Shown here piece after piece: positions 12,730 to 25,535 of a stretch of DNA of 64,000 bases (within the stretch, counting starts at the first letter, position 1; each line of letters begins with the position of its first letter). Source of the DNA: Selaginella moellendorffii (taxonomy: Eukaryota; Plantae; Lycopodiophyta); NCBI RefSeq assembly GCF_000143415.4, contig NW_003314275.1:1841419-1905418 (forward strand). The letters are read 5' to 3'. Below the pieces are notes generated by a model, which saw nothing but the letters and a program-made list of their open reading frames with translations, made no database searches and was not told the origin of the DNA. Both the position numbers and the translations under genes were made by a program.

Positions 12730-13805
12730 TCAGCTTAACGGGGACCTGTGAGGCGTGCTCTTCCGTCGACCTCCTCCCGATGAGAAAACTGCCGTGGCAG
12801 CCGCGGCTACAACTTGCTTGATCCCCCGCGAGCTTCGAACTTTCTTCCGGGCGGGCGCGGCTTTAGCCGCTGCTGGTGGCGGCGTGGATGATGTCGTCGC
12901 GGTGGAGGTCACTGCGTAGGAGCTGCCATCGTTGGCTGTGGAGCCCGAGGATGTATCAGAGTCCTGGTCCTCGAGGATGGAATTTGGAGATAGCTCCTCG
13001 TCGTCGGGCTTGTCGTCGTCCTTGGAGCTTCCGGCTGGAGAGACTGGGAAATCCGAGAGCTGCAGTGAGTTGCAGCGGGGGAGGAGGCTCGCGAGATCGT
13101 TCCCTTGTTTGCAGGCAGCATCAACCTGATTGATCGAAAGAGAGTGAGCCTCACAAGAACTTAATTCGATCAATGAGCGGAGTACCTTGCATCCAACTGA
13201 GCAGTAGCGGTATGACTCTTGCAAGCTTCGATCGCACGTCTCGCAGACATTGCCAAGGCCTTTCGGTGGTCGCGGCTGTGGCCTTTGGTTCAAGAAAACT
13301 ACTCTAGCGCTGTTGATTATGTAAGTCTACCAAAGGAGAAGAGAAAGCCATGAATCTACAAAGATTTTTCACTCGAATTTGCACAAATCTTACCTGTACA
13401 TGCGAGCAATCGACGAGCTTCTGGATGTCATGCAGCCGGATTACATCGTGATAGACGTATCTGCGAACCTGGAATAGAAACACCATTCCCCCGGAATTAG
13501 AAATCCTCTAGCCGAGAAACCGAAGAAAAGAGAGAAGCAACGAAACAAATAAAAACCAAGCGATCAAGGAATTTCTTCCTCCCCATGGCCGATCGTACCT
13601 GCAAGAGCTTGTGATTCCTGTGGCTGGAGAGGCAGTGCTGGCAAATGCTCCCCGTGCAATCGACGCAGAAGATATTTCGCTCGTTCTTCTTGAGCGCCGC
13701 GTGCCTGGCGCACGCTGTGAAGAATTTCTCGCTCAGCAGAGATTCCAGCCACGCCGGCTTGAGCTGCTGGGGCACAACCGAGAGATTGGAGCCCGAGGCC
13801 TGCAT
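12730..13805 (-). CDS. PLATZ: PLATZ zinc-binding transcription factor (4 exons: 13805-13599, 13468-13394, 13326-13186, 13125-12730)
   Basis: PAWLESLL..FF..C..H...KKNERNIFCVDC...CQHC...H; QVRRYVYHDVIR; TYIINSARVVFLN; CETCDRSL...YCSVGCK; C-terminal RRKSTPHRSP. GT-AG introns are in frame. Confidence 0.95.
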
Positions 13806-14626
13806 AATCCGGGAGCGCTCCAAGCTTCCCACTCGATTTACATTACCGCGCGGCGCCGATCGAAACGAAAACCTCTCAAAATCTCCCTCCCCTAAGCGCG
13901 TCGCCGCCGCTACGCCTTCTTCTTCCCTGTCTAGAATGAATAGCTAAAATGTGGCTTCTCCTCCTCCGCCTCCTCCAAGTAAATGACCATATAAATCCTT
14001 TAATCTTTCCTGTCAAGCGAAAGCCAATCCCAGCCGTCCGTCGCAGCCCATCCGACGGTGGAAGTGACCCATTGTGCGAGCAGTCAGGAGGAAAACCATG
14101 TAGACCGCGCGGTGCCACCGCGCGGTCGCGCTTTCCCGCGCGTTCAAATTCGGCGATCGTACAACATTGGTACGTGTGGGGGTCAATGTCAGGCGAGCAT
14201 TTCCGGGGCTCGATGGCATCCCAGCCGTCCACGTGGCAGCCCCTAGCCCGACCTACCAGAGCCGACGTTCGAGTCCAGTCAACAGCCGGCATTATCAATC
14301 ACATTTTACTTATTGTAAAGATTTGTGCAATCTTTCAGGTCGGCAAGCCCAAAGTTCCACCAAAGTTTTTTCCGAAAGTTTCAAAACTTGCTGCTGGATT
14401 TGGATCAAAGCTCGAGCCGATCGAGTTTTGATCACCGGGTGATCATAACTAACAGCAGCATGACCAAGTAAAAACCTTTGTATAGAGCGAAAAGAGAAAG
14501 AGAAGAGAGAAGAGGGAAGAAGAGATTAAGAACCATGCATGCATATTATTTTCCTCCGTAGCGTGTGCGTCGACGACAATGGCGATGGCGATCGTAGATG
14601 GCGATGGCGATGGCCTGGCCGCAATG

Positions 14627-15236
14627 TTACAGTATCGAACAAGAACACTTGTTGTGCTTGGAAGAGTCGGATGGATGCTTCTCTGCGAAGACCACAACAA
14701 AAAAAGAGAGACGAACTAGGCGTTAGTGGGATCTCGCCAGAGAAAGCGTTTGATCGAAGGAAATACTTTACCACCTCCTTTGTCAGTGGACGGGGGTCGA
14801 ACCACGACGTGCATTGTTATCACTCCACCGGGAAGCTCTCCAACGGGGACTCTTGATTCTGACAATGTCTTGTTGTTCTCAAGCACCTTGCCAGCATTGA
14901 TCAATTTCATGTCATTCACCGACTTTGGACCATTCTCTTTCTCTGAATATGCAATGAATCCGATGATCAAAGAGAGCTCCTAGAAGAAGAAGTTAAAGGA
15001 AAAACAAGGACGCAAGGAGACAATCACGCAAAGATATGCAAGAAAAACCATGTCACCCAGGAAAATGTAAGGGGGAGAGAGAGAGAAAAAATTTAAGTAC
15101 CTTGTGGCCACTGTGCGATGATACTCTCCTTCAACGTGGCGATGGTCGTGGCGGGAGCATACTTGTAAGGCCCGATGTCGGAGCCATCGCTGAGCCGGAA
15201 TTTGAGCTCCAGCAATTCTTGCCCCGCTGCTGCCAT
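14627..15236 (-). CDS. MUB: Membrane-anchored ubiquitin-fold protein (MUB), 3 coding exons
   Basis: ELKFRLSDGSDIGP...QWPQ / EKENGPKSVNDMKLINAGKVLENNKTL...TMHVVVRP / C-terminal CAAX CSCSIL*. Confidence 0.93.
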
Positions 15237-15816
15237 TTCCTGATCTAGAAATTCAAGAATTCCGCTGCGTCACGATCCTAGCTCTATACATTTGACGGAC
15301 CAGCTCCAGCCAATTCCCACCAAAAGAATGAGCTAGATCTGCGACCTAACTAATCTGCGCATCTGGAGCAGCCAAGCCGACTATCATCAACACCGAGAGC
15401 GCGGGCGCCGACCACCGGATTTCCTCGCCAAGATCTCCGATTTCCAGCCTTACCTCGGAAATCCAAGCCGCGCGATCGCTCGGGGACGACGACGACGCGG
15501 CCGATGCGCGTCACTGCTGCTGCTCCACGCGCGTGCGCGTCACAATCCCCAAGCCGCCATAGCGCCGCCCAGCCCTAGGCGGCAACCCCTCTCCCCAACA
15601 AGAAAGACTCCTCCCACTAGGGTTTCTTCCTGGCTGTAGTGGCAAGCAACCGAGATGGAAGGGAAAGCTCATATAATACGAGAGCCCGTCCGTACGACAC
15701 CCGAGTTCTGGCGCGCGAAATACGGAATGGGCCGCCGCCAGAATATACCTCGCCTGCCAGCTGGCGTGACACGTCTGTTTAGAATATTGTCCGAATCTAC
15801 TTATCTCTTTTTTCTT

Positions 15817-16665
15817 TTAGCGCTCCATAGTCCACAGTAAGTCCACGTCCGACTGGACTTTCACCACTTCGTTCTCCACGACGTTGCAAGTGCTGATGAG
15901 CGATCCAATCGCCATCGCCGTGGAGTCGAGATTCCATCGCAGTCCGGTAGTGGTGGAGCTCTGGGATCGCTCGCCCAGGGGGACGAGACCACAATGCGCG
16001 CCAACTCTCGCCCTAATCTCGTGGAGGACGCCGTGGCGGAGGAGGAACACTAGATTCTCGTCGCTGGCCAGGCAGATCCTCAAGCCCGGGAACGCGAACA
16101 GCACATTCAAGTTGCCAAGCTCGTGATCGAATCGCCCGCCCAGCGCGCCCAGCACGACGATCCTCTCCACTTCGTCGCCGCGCGAGGAATCTCTTAGGAA
16201 GCTCACGCATTTGTGGAGATCCGTGGAGTCCTGATCACTGGACATGTCCAGGATCTCGCTGCCCTGCGCGCAATTCGCGTGCTTTCAGCTCTGCTCGACG
16301 CGAATTTAAGCTCATACCTTGGAGGCGTAGATCTCCCGGATGTTGGGCTCGATAGAATCCAAATCGCCGACAATGTGATCCGGGACGAATCTAAAGAAAG
16401 TGATTTGATCAACCAAGCCTTCTCAACAACACAACCTTTCGGCAGGGGAGGGCATCTCGCGATACACTCGATTGGCTCCTCCATCCGCGCAAACGCGCAC
16501 TCGAGCTGGAAGAACATTCCATTCGATTCAAATAGATTCGCAATCAATCCACTCACCCAGCTCCCACAAAATGGGAGCCTCCTTTGGCAGAGTATTGTTG
16601 AGAATGACAAGCGCGAAGCTCCCCCGGGAGAAGAAATCTCTGTGTTCCAACACCGTCCCCTCCAT
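15817..16665 (-). CDS. TPK: Thiamine pyrophosphokinase
   Basis: ALVILN, CADGGANR, PDHIVGDLDSI, DQDSTDLHKC, GALGGRFDHELGNLN, CGLVPLG, TTTGLRWNL motifs over 4 exons. Confidence 0.93.
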
Positions 16666-16862
16666 CCCGTAGCCCTAAAAACCAGTCAATTATTCCACAC
16701 AAACGAGGATGGGCCCCGAGGTACCAAAAGGGTGTGTGGCACCGGACCATGTTGACCACCTATTGCAAGCCGGGATGTACTCCCGCGAGCTAGAGGTTGA
16801 GCCGTCATGGTTGCGCATCCAGATCTCCAATACCACAAACCCGGAAGAAAGTCAACGGTCAA

Positions 16863-18353
16863 TTATTCCTCAGAATGGGGCTCCGTGCCGTGGACGCGGA
16901 CCCGATACAAGCACGTATGCGTAGAGCTCCCGTAGTTTGACACAACGTGGACTCTGACTGTGTTGACCAAGAGCTTTGACGCGGTCTTGTAGAGCCGAAA
17001 GGTCTGGACGCTGGAGCTCTCAATATCATACCTGAATGATCCCAGCAAGACCCTCTCGCCCTTCTTGTGCGCCGCGGAGGCCTCCAGCCAGCCAAACACC
17101 TGGAAATCTCTCGGGGCGCTCCCGGTGTCATAGGCAACCCTCTGTTAGATCCACCAGAAGAAGCACGGAATGAGAGAGATCGATCCTTTCTAAGCGATGG
17201 TCTATCGATCGGTCGACAGTGCTGCTAGCTAGCAGTGGCAACGATCGAGAGCCGAGAGGATTACCTTTGAGACGTGCTCGAGCGTGATGGAGTCCGCGTA
17301 GATGGCGGTGCGCAGCCGGATGTCCACGAAAACGTTGCTCCCTTTGAGCGGGAGGCACTGCCCGGGCTCGCCAAAGCTGGGCTCCAGGATCTTGTTGGCC
17401 TTGGGATGGCGGCGGTAGTCCCCGGGAAGAATGCCCAGCAATCCCGACCAGGGAGTGAGCGAGAAGTAGCCCTCCGAGTAGTCGATCACTCTCCCGCCGC
17501 CGCTGGCCAGCGCGTAGTCTGTTCTTCCGATCCCGTCCGCCCTGTGCCTCTCCAGCTCGTCCTCGATGATCTTCTTGGCGGCGGCGCGGACGTCGTCCAG
17601 GCTGAGCGCCTTGCCCGATCCATCCGTGGCGCGATCGTCCGCCGCGCTTCCAATCAGCTGCAGTGTCTCCTGGCGAGTGAGGATCCCCTCTTGCTTGAGG
17701 AAGTTGAGCGATGATTCGATGCTGTCCATCTGGGATTTGAGGTTGTGGACCTTGGAGGCGATCGAGAAGGCCTCGGCGTCGATCATGTGTTCCACGTCGC
17801 GCTTGAGTCCCGCCATCTCCTTCCCGATCTTCATGTCGATGAGATCCAGCTGGGCTTGCATCCACTTGGTGGACTTGCGCAGCATCGAATCCATCTCCGC
17901 GAATTCCCTCGCGGATGGCACCAATCCCCCGCCCGCCGACTGTGATTCCTGCCAGTTCCAAAACGTGCTGATCAATCCCAGCACCACCACCAGCGCCACG
18001 AATCCCCACGAGAAGAAATGCCCCACGAGATCCCAGGCTGTGACATCAATCATCTCCGCCGGGGCCTCCGCCAGTGATGATCGCCGGATGGGCGACTTGG
18101 AGGGCCGGGCTTGCTTCCTGGATCGCGTCACCGGGCGATGGGTCTCTGCGGCGGCCTTTTGAGAGGTGGTCGATCTAGTGCTGGATCGTCTCGTTGTTCT
18201 TCCCGAAGTTCCTGGAGGAGCCATCGTCACCAATTCTTTGCTCCCAGCTTGATCTCGATCCCCTGCCGCTCCTTCTGCCGCTACTCCTGCCAATCTCGCC
18301 GCCCCGAAGATGGAAGCCGGAGGAGGGCAGACGACCGCGGAAGCCATTCGCAT
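16863..18353 (-). CDS. SUN: C-terminal SUN-domain inner nuclear envelope protein (SUN1/2-like); alternative start at 18224
   Basis: Basic N-terminus, TM segment (FFSWGFVALVVVLGLISTFW), coiled coil, then ADGIGRTDYALASGGGRV, EPSFGEPGQCLPLKGS, ITLEHVSK. The second exon carries APRDFQVFGW and VSNYGSSTHTCLYRVRVHG. Confidence 0.92.
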
Positions 18354-18647
18354 CACGGATCCATCAGCTTCTCACGCCGCGATCGCAACTTGTAATTCCT
18401 CCAATCCAGGACCCGCGATCGATCGATGGCGCTGCCCTAGAAAACCAAGAAGAAATCACAACTAACCGAAAGAAATGACGTGGCGTGGGTGCGTCCACGT
18501 CGGCATTTCGTGCTATGACATGCCCGGGAGACGTCGTCATCGCCATAGCTGAAATATCCCTTGTTCTTTCTTTCCCGATACCAATCAGCCCTAATGTGGT
18601 GCATGGCGCAGCGCTAGGGTTCTTGGAGACGCCGGCACCCTCCGGCT

Positions 18648-21600
18648 ATGGCCGACGCCGCTAGCAACGAGGTACGTGATCCGAATCTCGGGGACGCTGC
18701 TACCGCCGCGGCTGCGGCCATTCCTACTGCCGTGAGATCGCTGCTGCCATCGGCGGCCTCCAGCGCCTTCGCAAGCTCCAGTAGGGTTTCCGGGGCCGGG
18801 GACGCTGTGGTTAGGGATGGACAGGGCCGATCTTTCTCCGTTCCGGCAAGGATGGGTCTTTCTTGCTCGATGGAATTGCCAGGAATCTCGTTCGAGGACT
18901 CGTCGGCTGCTCCCGCGAGCTTGCTTGGCTCCGCCAATTCTCTGGAGAACTCTGGGGTGACATCGGTGGATTGCAGTAGCCTGGCTGGGACGAGCAATGG
19001 GGATCTCGAGTCCATTCCGGGCTTGGCGACGGAGGGGCATTCGTCCATGGAGTTGGAGAGGTCCTTGAATCAATCGGCTGTAGAGGGCGCATTCACTTAC
19101 GAGTGTATGGACGCCTCGTCGCCGGATCCTCACCACGATTACCAAGAAGCGCTCGGGTCTTACCAGCAGTCGGAGGGACTTTTTCCAGCAGCGGGTGCTT
19201 CGGATGATTCCACTTCGCCATCTCTTGCCCAGGGCTCTTGCGCGGTGAATTCGGCGTTCTTCGAGGCGTCGGGATCAGTGGAGTTGGAGACTAGGTCCAG
19301 TCCTGTAGATGGTACGCAGTCTGCGTCTGCTGCTCTGGTGAGGGCAGTGACTTTGCTGGATCCCTCGTCTCCTACGGCTGTGAAGCGCTCAAAAGATCTC
19401 ATAACTTCCGCTCGCTCGAGTATTCCCGGTGAGAAGAGAGCTGCTGTTCCCCCGAAGAAGCCAGCTGATGTAGAGAAGGAAGAAGAAGCAATGCAATTAC
19501 CATCTTTGCAGGAGCTACAGGAGAAGCTTGGAGCACAGAGAAAGGTCTTCGAGAGTCAAGTTGACGAGCTGCAAAGTCTTCTAAAAGTCCAATACAGCCT
19601 CACTGGAGCGAACCCCCTTTACCTAGAAATGGTATCGTTTCTCTTACTTCAACAATTATGTATTGACGTGTGTTATGGTTTTCCCAGGGTACTTCTGTGC
19701 TCGGCCCTCGAGCAGGTAAACATCTCATGTTTGCAATGCACTTAGCGAGAGTAAACGTTTTGCAGTTAAAAGGCCTGAAGATTCACTGCTGCCAGAGGCC
19801 CAGAGGTTGCTACGAGATGTATTTGCCCTCAAAGACACGGTCACCAAAAAAGAAGTGCTGGAACTTAGTGCCCTCACGGGTGCTGCGCGGACTCACGTAT
19901 GTTATTCTTGTGTCTTATATAAGGTTTTATTTGATCTTGTTTTCTTTTACTGTAGGTCAATGACTTCTTCACGGGGCAACAGTCTCGTGTGAAGAGGCTG
20001 ATACAAATGGCAACCGATGGTACCGGAAAGGTTGACGTGAGCAGTACCGCGGAGTACACCCAGTCGCAGTTTTTCCCGACAAATACAAGCTCTCTGACAA
20101 CGCTGAGCTCATTAGAGGCGTTCGAAAAGCTTCTAGATCACATGCGTGCAGAGAAGTCATTCACTGGCCAGTCGAATCTCCTTCAACTTATTTTGGAAGC
20201 GGACTTTGTTCCGGGACTTCGCTTGTGAGTTTCAATATGTTTGATATTATGTTGGTTATTTTCATACTCTTTGACTTTGCAGTTTCTTAGAGAACGGTGG
20301 CTTGCGTGTTTTGGCCAAGTGGTTGACTCAGGCAGCTTCTGAAGAACAGACGAGTCTCGTCAGGTTAATATTGAAGGTAAGTAAATGTTTCTTTTACTTG
20401 TAACGCATTTTATGATTTGGCCCTTCAGGCTCTTCTACACTTGCCGATGATCCATGCTATTCCGGCCCATGTCTCTCCACTTGTTCAGATAATGACCAAG
20501 CTTCGGCTGTATTTTGCAACAGGTACCTTGCCATTTGTCATAAAGATAACTTCACAGTGATTGTACGTATTAGACGTTGCTTCGAGAGCACGCACGTTAT
20601 TAGCAAAATGGTCAAAGATTTTTGCACGAAATGGAGTTGGAAAATTAGCGGGGCAAGCGGCAGAGCCTGGTAATGCTAATCTTATTTGCAAGCTTCTGGT
20701 TCTTACTTCCTCTGTCTTCCTTCCCTCTCAGCTGGTGTTTCAGGCGCACTTGGACAAAGCAGGTACTGGCTTGTATGCAAAAGTGTTTGGATACTTTACG
20801 ATTCAAGCTCATTTGTGCAGCTCGAGTGGACCGTCTGTTGGTCCGGACAAGAAGAAGCTTAAGACAGGTATCATTGTCATTGCTATGGTGTATTGTTCTA
20901 ATTTTGTCTCAAAATTCAGAAACCAGCACCGTTTCGGATGCGCAGAATGCGCAGAAGGCGCAGCAAAACAAGGTGTTGGCTCAGCCAAACTTAAAAGGAT
21001 TGGATATGTCGGAGAGGCCATCCTCTAGCTCAAATTTGCGGTAAGAAGAATTTTAAATATTAGTTCTCTAATTAATAGTGTTTTTAGCAGGAGATCTCTA
21101 CAAACCGTCGATGACCCCGTACTTGCCACCCAGGCTTCAAAAAAGAAACTTGCTGAACGTAGGTTTCAAGTTTTTCTTTTTTAATCCTCTTAAGGTTCTT
21201 GGTTGTCATTTTGCAGATGGCAAAGAGAAAAGACGAGTCGTTCTCGTGGAGGAGCTTACTGCAACGACAAGACGTATCAGAGATGCTAATGCGAGGAAGC
21301 CTTCTATAACGGATAAAGGATCACGGCCTCTTTCGGCAGATGACATACAGAAAGCTAAAATGCGGGCTCGCCTGCTTCAAGGATCTAATCCAAATGCGGT
21401 GAACTCAAACCGTGGTAGTCAAGCCGTGGCACCCGATGGCAGCCCGCAAGAATCGATTCCTCCGACCGCTCCGGTTCAAGATTCAGCTTTGCAAGATTTA
21501 GCTATGCCAACTGCGCCACAAAAGGTGGAATATTTCAGGCCCGTACAAGAGTCACCTCCGTTGAAGGTTCCAACGACAGAGTATTTCAAACCGCTTCAGG

Positions 21601-22936
21601 AAGTAACACCAGCAACTCCGCCAAAGGTTCCTGTCGCGGAGTTCTTTAAACCGGCACCACCTCAGGAGTTGACACCGTCAATCCCGCTGGACGCACCACC
21701 GGCGCTTCAAATTGCAGAGCTTCTGAAACGTGTAATCCCTTGGAGCATACCCCGAGGTAATGGCTGTTTATCTTCCTTTGTTCGGTCTCTAACTGGTTTC
21801 TTATCTTGTTAGTGTTTACCGTGGATCCGCAATGGACTGTTGCCGTTGGGGAAGAAAGTAAGGAGAAGGAGGTTCAATCCATGCGTGTGAAGCGTGAAGT
21901 GGAAGAGTTCTACTCGGACCCAGGCCTGATCCCCGAGAATCCAAGGGATCCATGGGACGTAGAGCCGGACTACGACGACTCCCTCACCCTCCAAGTTCCA
22001 CTGGAAGATGGACAGGACAAGGCAGAAGGTACAACAATCCCGCAAGCTCCAGAACCACCTCAGGCGGCTACCGCAAGTGCCCCGGCTCACGACCCCGAGC
22101 TGCTGGCACTGCTACTGAGGAATCCAGCTCTGGTGTCCGAGCTCACGTCCGGCGTGGTAAAGCCTGACAGCACCCTCAAGCCGGTAAGTTGCATTCATTT
22201 CTTCTTCTTCTTTTGGAGCACGGCTTACACGCTGGTGTGTTGGTTTTGGCAGCTCCAACCTGTGCAGGCCGGTGGCGTAGCATCGCTTCTTCACGGCATC
22301 CAACAACAACAACAACAGCAGGTAATGTCTCATCAGTTCCAAAGAGATTCCGCTCCTCCACAGCCACCACAGTTCCAGCCGCAGGGTCTGGAGCTCCCGT
22401 ACCGAGAAAGAGAGCAGCAGCAGCAGCAGCAGCCATTCTACCTCCCAGGTTCGACGAGTTCTTTAGTAGTGGCACCGCAAGCTCCAAATGCCGGAGACGC
22501 TACTGGGCGAGTTCCATGGAATGCTCTTGAGATGTTCCAGGCCCAGGCAAAGGGCGGCGGCGGCGGCGGCGGCGGCGGTGGTGTTGGTGGCTATGGTGGT
22601 AGCGGTGGTGGTGGCGGTGGTGGCGGCGGTGGGTTTAGCAATCTCGTCCCACCGGCCAGAGATTTCAATGCAAATGCCAATGGAGGAAACCCGCAACTTT
22701 GGAACCGAGTAAGTAATAATAATGTGTCGTTTGGCCAGCATCACCACCAGCATCATCATCATGCTCATCATCATCAAGGCATGGAAATGAGATCGTCCCT
22801 GGCGCATAATTTAGATGGGTCTGCTAGATTCGCAAGGCCGCCGCCACCCCATCCTCCACAACACCACCAACAAAGCAGCTGGTTTAATAATAATAATCAT
22901 ACTAGGAGCTCCATACCGCCGCGGCCTGGCTGGTAA
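18648..22936 (+). CDS. LD: LUMINIDEPENDENS-like homeobox/TFIIS-N protein (multi-exon; start uncertain, 18648 or 19491)
   Basis: QRKVFESQVDELQ...LTGANPL..EM, DVFALKDTVTKKE, FFTGQQSRVKR, GGLRVLAKWL, ARTLLAKWSK, RPLSADDIQKAKMRA, IPWSIP, PENPRDPWDVEPDYDDSLT and DPELLALLLRNP match the LD family pattern. C-terminus is Q/G/H low-complexity. Confidence 0.85.
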
Positions 22937-23381
22937 CATACCAAATTTTTGGAAAGAATGGCATTTTATTTTTATCTTTTTCTTACTTTCCGTTTTAAAT
23001 AAAAAGAATTTCAATTTTTTCTTGGGTAAATTAGACACTTTATTTTAAGAAACATTATTTTAAAATAATTTAAAAGAAATGGAAAAATTGTTTATAAAAA
23101 AGGGAGTTTTCTTTAAAGCTAAAGGTTTTGTTAAGATTAACTTTGTTTAATGTGAGACTTTCCCTTTTACCATTTTAGGCAAAGTGAAAAAGTAGCCGTT
23201 GCGGTGAGGTGGCGATCCAACGGCCACGATGCCCGGGCATTGGCCACGTGGACGGCCGGCTGGACTGTTTTGGAGCTTAGCGTGTCGCGCGCCATGTATA
23301 ATCGATTATTCCCAGCTCTTCTCTCGTGACGGACGCGCTTTCTTCTTCTTCTTCTTCATCGTCTTCTCCGGAGCTCCATCC

Positions 23382-24008
23382 ATGGCGATGGCGATGGCGA
23401 AGAACAGGGTAAGGAGGAAGATGTGTGACAGGGTCGAGGAGCTGGAAGAGGTGGATCGGCATCCCCTGCTGGTGCACCATCGCCGCCGCCGCCCGGCGCC
23501 GCGGAAATTCGCGTCATCGCTCCCCAATTTCTCGCCCGCGCGGAGCTCGAGCGCCAAGAACAGTGGCAGTGGCAATGGGGCAAGCTCCTCGATTCTATCG
23601 TGCGTGGGGCTGAGCGGTGAGGGCAAGCGAGGCAAGAATCTCGTCACGCTCGTGGTGGGCGAGGAGGAGAGGGCATTTAGGGTAGAGCCACAGATCCTGG
23701 ATCACGGAGTCGTCCAGTGCTTGCTGGAGAAGACGACGCGCTGCGAGGCGATCGATCGCGAGTGGCGAGAGGCGGAAGAGATCGAGGAGGAGGGGGATAG
23801 CGCGTTGTTCGCCGCGCTGGATGGATCTAGCGTCCGTCGCTCATGGTCCATGGATCACCACCACCAACGTCATCGCCACCCCCACCGCCGAGTGATTCGT
23901 GTCGATTGCGATGCGATCCTGTTCGAGCACATCCTGTGGCTGCTTGGGAGGGACGATCCATCGCTGCGGCACCTGAATGTGGACGAGCTCATGGAATTCT
24001 ACTCGTGA
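23382..24008 (+). CDS. SAUR-like (SAUR76/77/78-type) protein, single exon
   Basis: LVVGEEERAFRV...LDHGVVQCLLEK and VDCDAILFEHILWLL...VDELMEFYS resemble that SAUR clade. An upstream in-frame ATG at 23229 is also possible. Confidence 0.7.
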   Translation: MAMAMAKNRVRRKMCDRVEELEEVDRHPLLVHHRRRRPAPRKFASSLPNFSPARSSSAKNSGSGNGASSSILSCVGLSGEGKRGKNLVTLVVGEEERAFRVEPQILDHGVVQCLLEKTTRCEAIDREWREAEEIEEEGDSALFAALDGSSVRRSWSMDHHHQRHRHPHRRVIRVDCDAILFEHILWLLGRDDPSLRHLNVDELMEFYS

Positions 24009-24400
24009 TTCGGCAGGAAGAGGAGAACCAAACAAAAAATCGCGATGGTTCCTCCGGATTGCATAGATCGAGCTTCGAATTACTACGAATTTCGCGGCTC
24101 CAAGTCCTCTAGCCTCTGGATTTAACCTCCATAGCTCACAAGGATCGAGCAAATAACCGTCTAGAGATTTGTCATGATCGATCGAACACTAGAAAAAACT
24201 TTGGAAGATATCGCAAGGATTTTGTCAAACAAATCAAAAGCTGTATGACATTTCTTATTCTATTGCTTTTAGACGACGACCCGAGCTTTCAGCCATGGTC
24301 TCGCAAATCCTACACACGTTTTTGCCAGAAGGAGCTAGCTAGCTCGTCGAGAGATGGAGAACAAAAAAAAGGAGGCCGGAGAGTCAGCTCTCTCGATCGA

Positions 24401-25535
24401 TCAGGACAAGATCGCGAGCAAGTCGGACACTCTCATCACTACGTACTGGCTGTTGTCTTTGTTCTTAAACTCGTTTCCAGCGTACTTAGAGTAGAGAACA
24501 TTGTCACCGATCGACACTTCTAGCGGCTTCCGGGTTCCATCTTCGCCATAAGATCCAGGACCGACGGCGACCACCTGAAAGATCGAATAGATCACTTAGA
24601 ACTTTAAAGTTTCTAAGAACTGGAGAACTTAAAAGTTTCTAAGAAGTCAAGAACTTACCTCTCCGATCACTGGTTTTTCCTTGACGCTGTCTGTCAAAAG
24701 CACTCCACCAGCCGTTTTGTCCTCAGCCTCTGCAACCTGTTTGGAAAGTCGCTGTTGTCATTTCTTCCGAAAAGAGAATCAGACTTGCCTTGATCAGGAC
24801 CCTGTCATTCACAGGCTTGAGATCTTTGATGTCCTCGGTGGATAGCAGCCCAATCACGTCGTCCTCCTTGAGGAGGATGTGGTCAGCACCATTGAACTGG
24901 ATCTCCGTGCCGGCGTACTTTGAGTAAACGATCGTGTTTCCGACCTGCGAGGCAAACAAAAACTATGCTCTTCGCACGACACGAATCGAAAAAACCACGT
25001 ACCGTCACACAAGATGGAACGCTCTTCTCGCCAATTTTCTTCCCTTCGCCAACTTCGACTACTTCTCCACTCTGAGGCTTGGTTTGCGTGGTCGTGGGAA
25101 GAATGATTCCACCATCGGACTTCTCCTCCGAGGCTTGGATCTTGACAAGCACGCGGTCGCCAAGAGGCTTCAAAGTTTTGTACTGCTAAAAGAAAGGAGC
25201 TCAAACGCACATTTCAGGCAATCCATCCAAAGCTTCGAAACAGCTCGCGAGAAACTCACCGTTGGAGGAGCAGTCACGGCAGCTCTCGCCACACCGGCTG
25301 ATAGTCGACTAGCAGCCGAGGATTTGCTGCCGGCCACTGAATCGATGGAGAGAGAGAGCGCGGCGAATTCCCCCTGGCACAAACGCGATACCCGATTGAG
25401 CACACGAACTGCCTAGACGTGGATTACCTTGAGCTTCCGGAAACAAGCCTGCTGATTCGAAGAATACTTCCCGCTCGCGCTGCTGAGCAGCAGCGAAGCG
25501 CCGGCGCACGAAATGCTCCCCACTGTAGCTGCCAT
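24401..25535 (-). CDS. CPN20: Chloroplast co-chaperonin CPN20/21 (tandem GroES domains), multi-exon
   Basis: Ser/Ala-rich transit peptide; [11 protein letters not shown]...GGIILP...VVEVGEG; YSKYAGTE; second domain [10 protein letters not shown]...TAGGVLL...VAVGPG...YSKYAGNE. Confidence 0.93.

Noticed and set aside
17128-18162. Long overlapping or antisense ORFs over SUN (similar ones over TPK, PyrD and the 36-37 kb gene)
   Set aside because: Shadow ORFs of GC-rich coding sequence with no recognisable motifs.
24597-24657. 26-bp tandem duplication in a CPN20 intron
   Set aside because: Small intronic slippage duplication with no evidence of function.
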